A DNA stretch of 64,000 bases from Squalus acanthias (lineage: Eukaryota), in NCBI GenBank assembly GCA_030390025.1, contig JASTWF010000109.1:496001-560000 (forward strand), given 5' to 3'. A model generated the notes under the pieces. That model ran no database searches. It worked only from the letters and a program-made list of their open reading frames with translations, and was not told the DNA's origin. A program made the translations under genes and the position numbers. Of this stretch, positions 62,690 through 64,000 are shown in pieces; the stretch's first letter is position 1, and each line of letters begins with the position of its first letter.

Positions 62690-64000
62690 AACAATTCCAG
62701 GGCAGATGCAGCACAGGTTAGAAACAAAGTAAAACTCCCTCTACAATGTCCCATCCAGCACTCAGAGGGCAGGTACAGCCCAGGTTTGAAACAGGGTAAA
62801 GTTTGCTCTAAACTGTGCCATCAAACACTCCCAGGGCAGGTACAGCATGCGTTAGCGACAGAGTACAGCTCCATCTACACTATCCCATAAAACACTCCAG
62901 GATAGGTAGAGCATGATAGGTAGATACTGTGTGAATCTCCCACTATATTAGCCCATCAAAGACTCCCAGGCAACTATAGCAAGGGTTAGGTACAAAGCAA
63001 AGTCCCTCTACACTGCCCCATCAAACACTCCCAGGGCAGTTTAAGCGCAGGTTCGATAAAGTGTAAAGCTCCCTCTACAATGTCGCATCGAACACTCCCA
63101 GGGCAGGTACAGCACGGATTAGATACATAGTAAACCACCCTCTACAATGGCGCATCAAGCAGTCACAGAGCACGTACAACACATATTAGATACAGAATAA
63201 AAACACTTTATACTGCCCCATCAAACAATTCCATGGAAGGTACAACACTGATTACATACTGTGTAACCCTCCCACTGCACTCTCATGTCAAACATTCCCA
63301 GGGCAGGTATAGCACGGGTAAGATACTGAGAAAAGCTCCTTCTAATCTTTTTAATTATACGCTCCCATGGCAGGTACAGCATGTTATATAAAAAGTAAAG
63401 CTCACTCTACAACGTCCCATCAAGCACTCACAGGGCCGGTACAACACTGGCTCGATATAGCGTAATGCTCCGTATACACTGTCCCATCAAACACTCCCAG
63501 GGCAGGTACAGAACAGGTTGGATATTGAGTAAAACCCCCTGTGCACTGTCTTATCAAACATTACCAGGACAGGTTGTGCACGGGTTAAATACTGGGTAAA
63601 GCTCCTTCAACACTGTCCCATCGAACACTCCCAGGGCTGGTACAGCATGCGTTATAAAAAGAGTAAATCTCCTTCTGCACATTCTCATCAAACACTCCCA
63701 GAGCAGGAACAGCACGGGTTAGATACAGAATGAAAGTCCCTCTAAACTGTCGAAGCAATAACTCCCAGGGCAGGTACAGAAAGTGTTAGATACAGAGTAA
63801 AGCTCCCTCTACACTGTCCAAGCAATCTGTCCCACGTCAGGGGGAGCACGGGTTAAATACATCGTAATGTTCCCGCTAAACTGTCACATCAAACGCTGCC
63901 AGTTCAGGTACAGCACATGTTAGATACAGAGTAAATGTCCCTCTAACTGTCCCATTAATCATTCAAGGGCAAGGACAGCACAGGTTAGTTTCAGATTTAA
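62690..64000 (+). repeat. Degenerate ~67-bp tandem repeat
   Basis: CACTGTCCCATCAAACACTCCCAGGGCAGGTACAGCAC units running to the window end. Confidence 0.9.

Overview
Eukaryotic, repeat-rich DNA from a cartilaginous fish (shark-type), not a prokaryote. The minus strand carries one complete, unrearranged cluster-type immunoglobulin mu heavy-chain locus: promoter, leader (58946-58991), VH (58517-58818), D1, D2 and JH with RSS in the 23 | 12-D1-22 | 12-D2-12 | 22 arrangement, CH1, CH2, and TM1/TM2 exons near 27.8-28.1 kb. The CH3-CH4-secretory-tail-polyA unit is present twice (copy a ~44750-48220, copy b ~41620-43940). All four exons are open, with intact phase-1 splice sites. The proximal copy has a frameshifted tailpiece ending in GKQC*, while the distal copy has a canonical tailpiece. 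The proximal block splits a single CR1 fragment in the CH2-CH3 intron. By inference, one cluster could make a short-tailed 4-domain secreted chain, a 6-constant-domain chain and canonical forms through alternative splicing and polyadenylation. The CH4-TM intron holds a ~12.5 kb TG/CA satellite. The rest is CR1 LINE relics, SINEs, Penelope-like fragments with hammerhead-ribozyme motifs, and 27-bp, ~51-bp and ~67-bp tandem repeats. Two assembly gaps lie upstream of the V gene. Most ORFs in the track are repeat artefacts.
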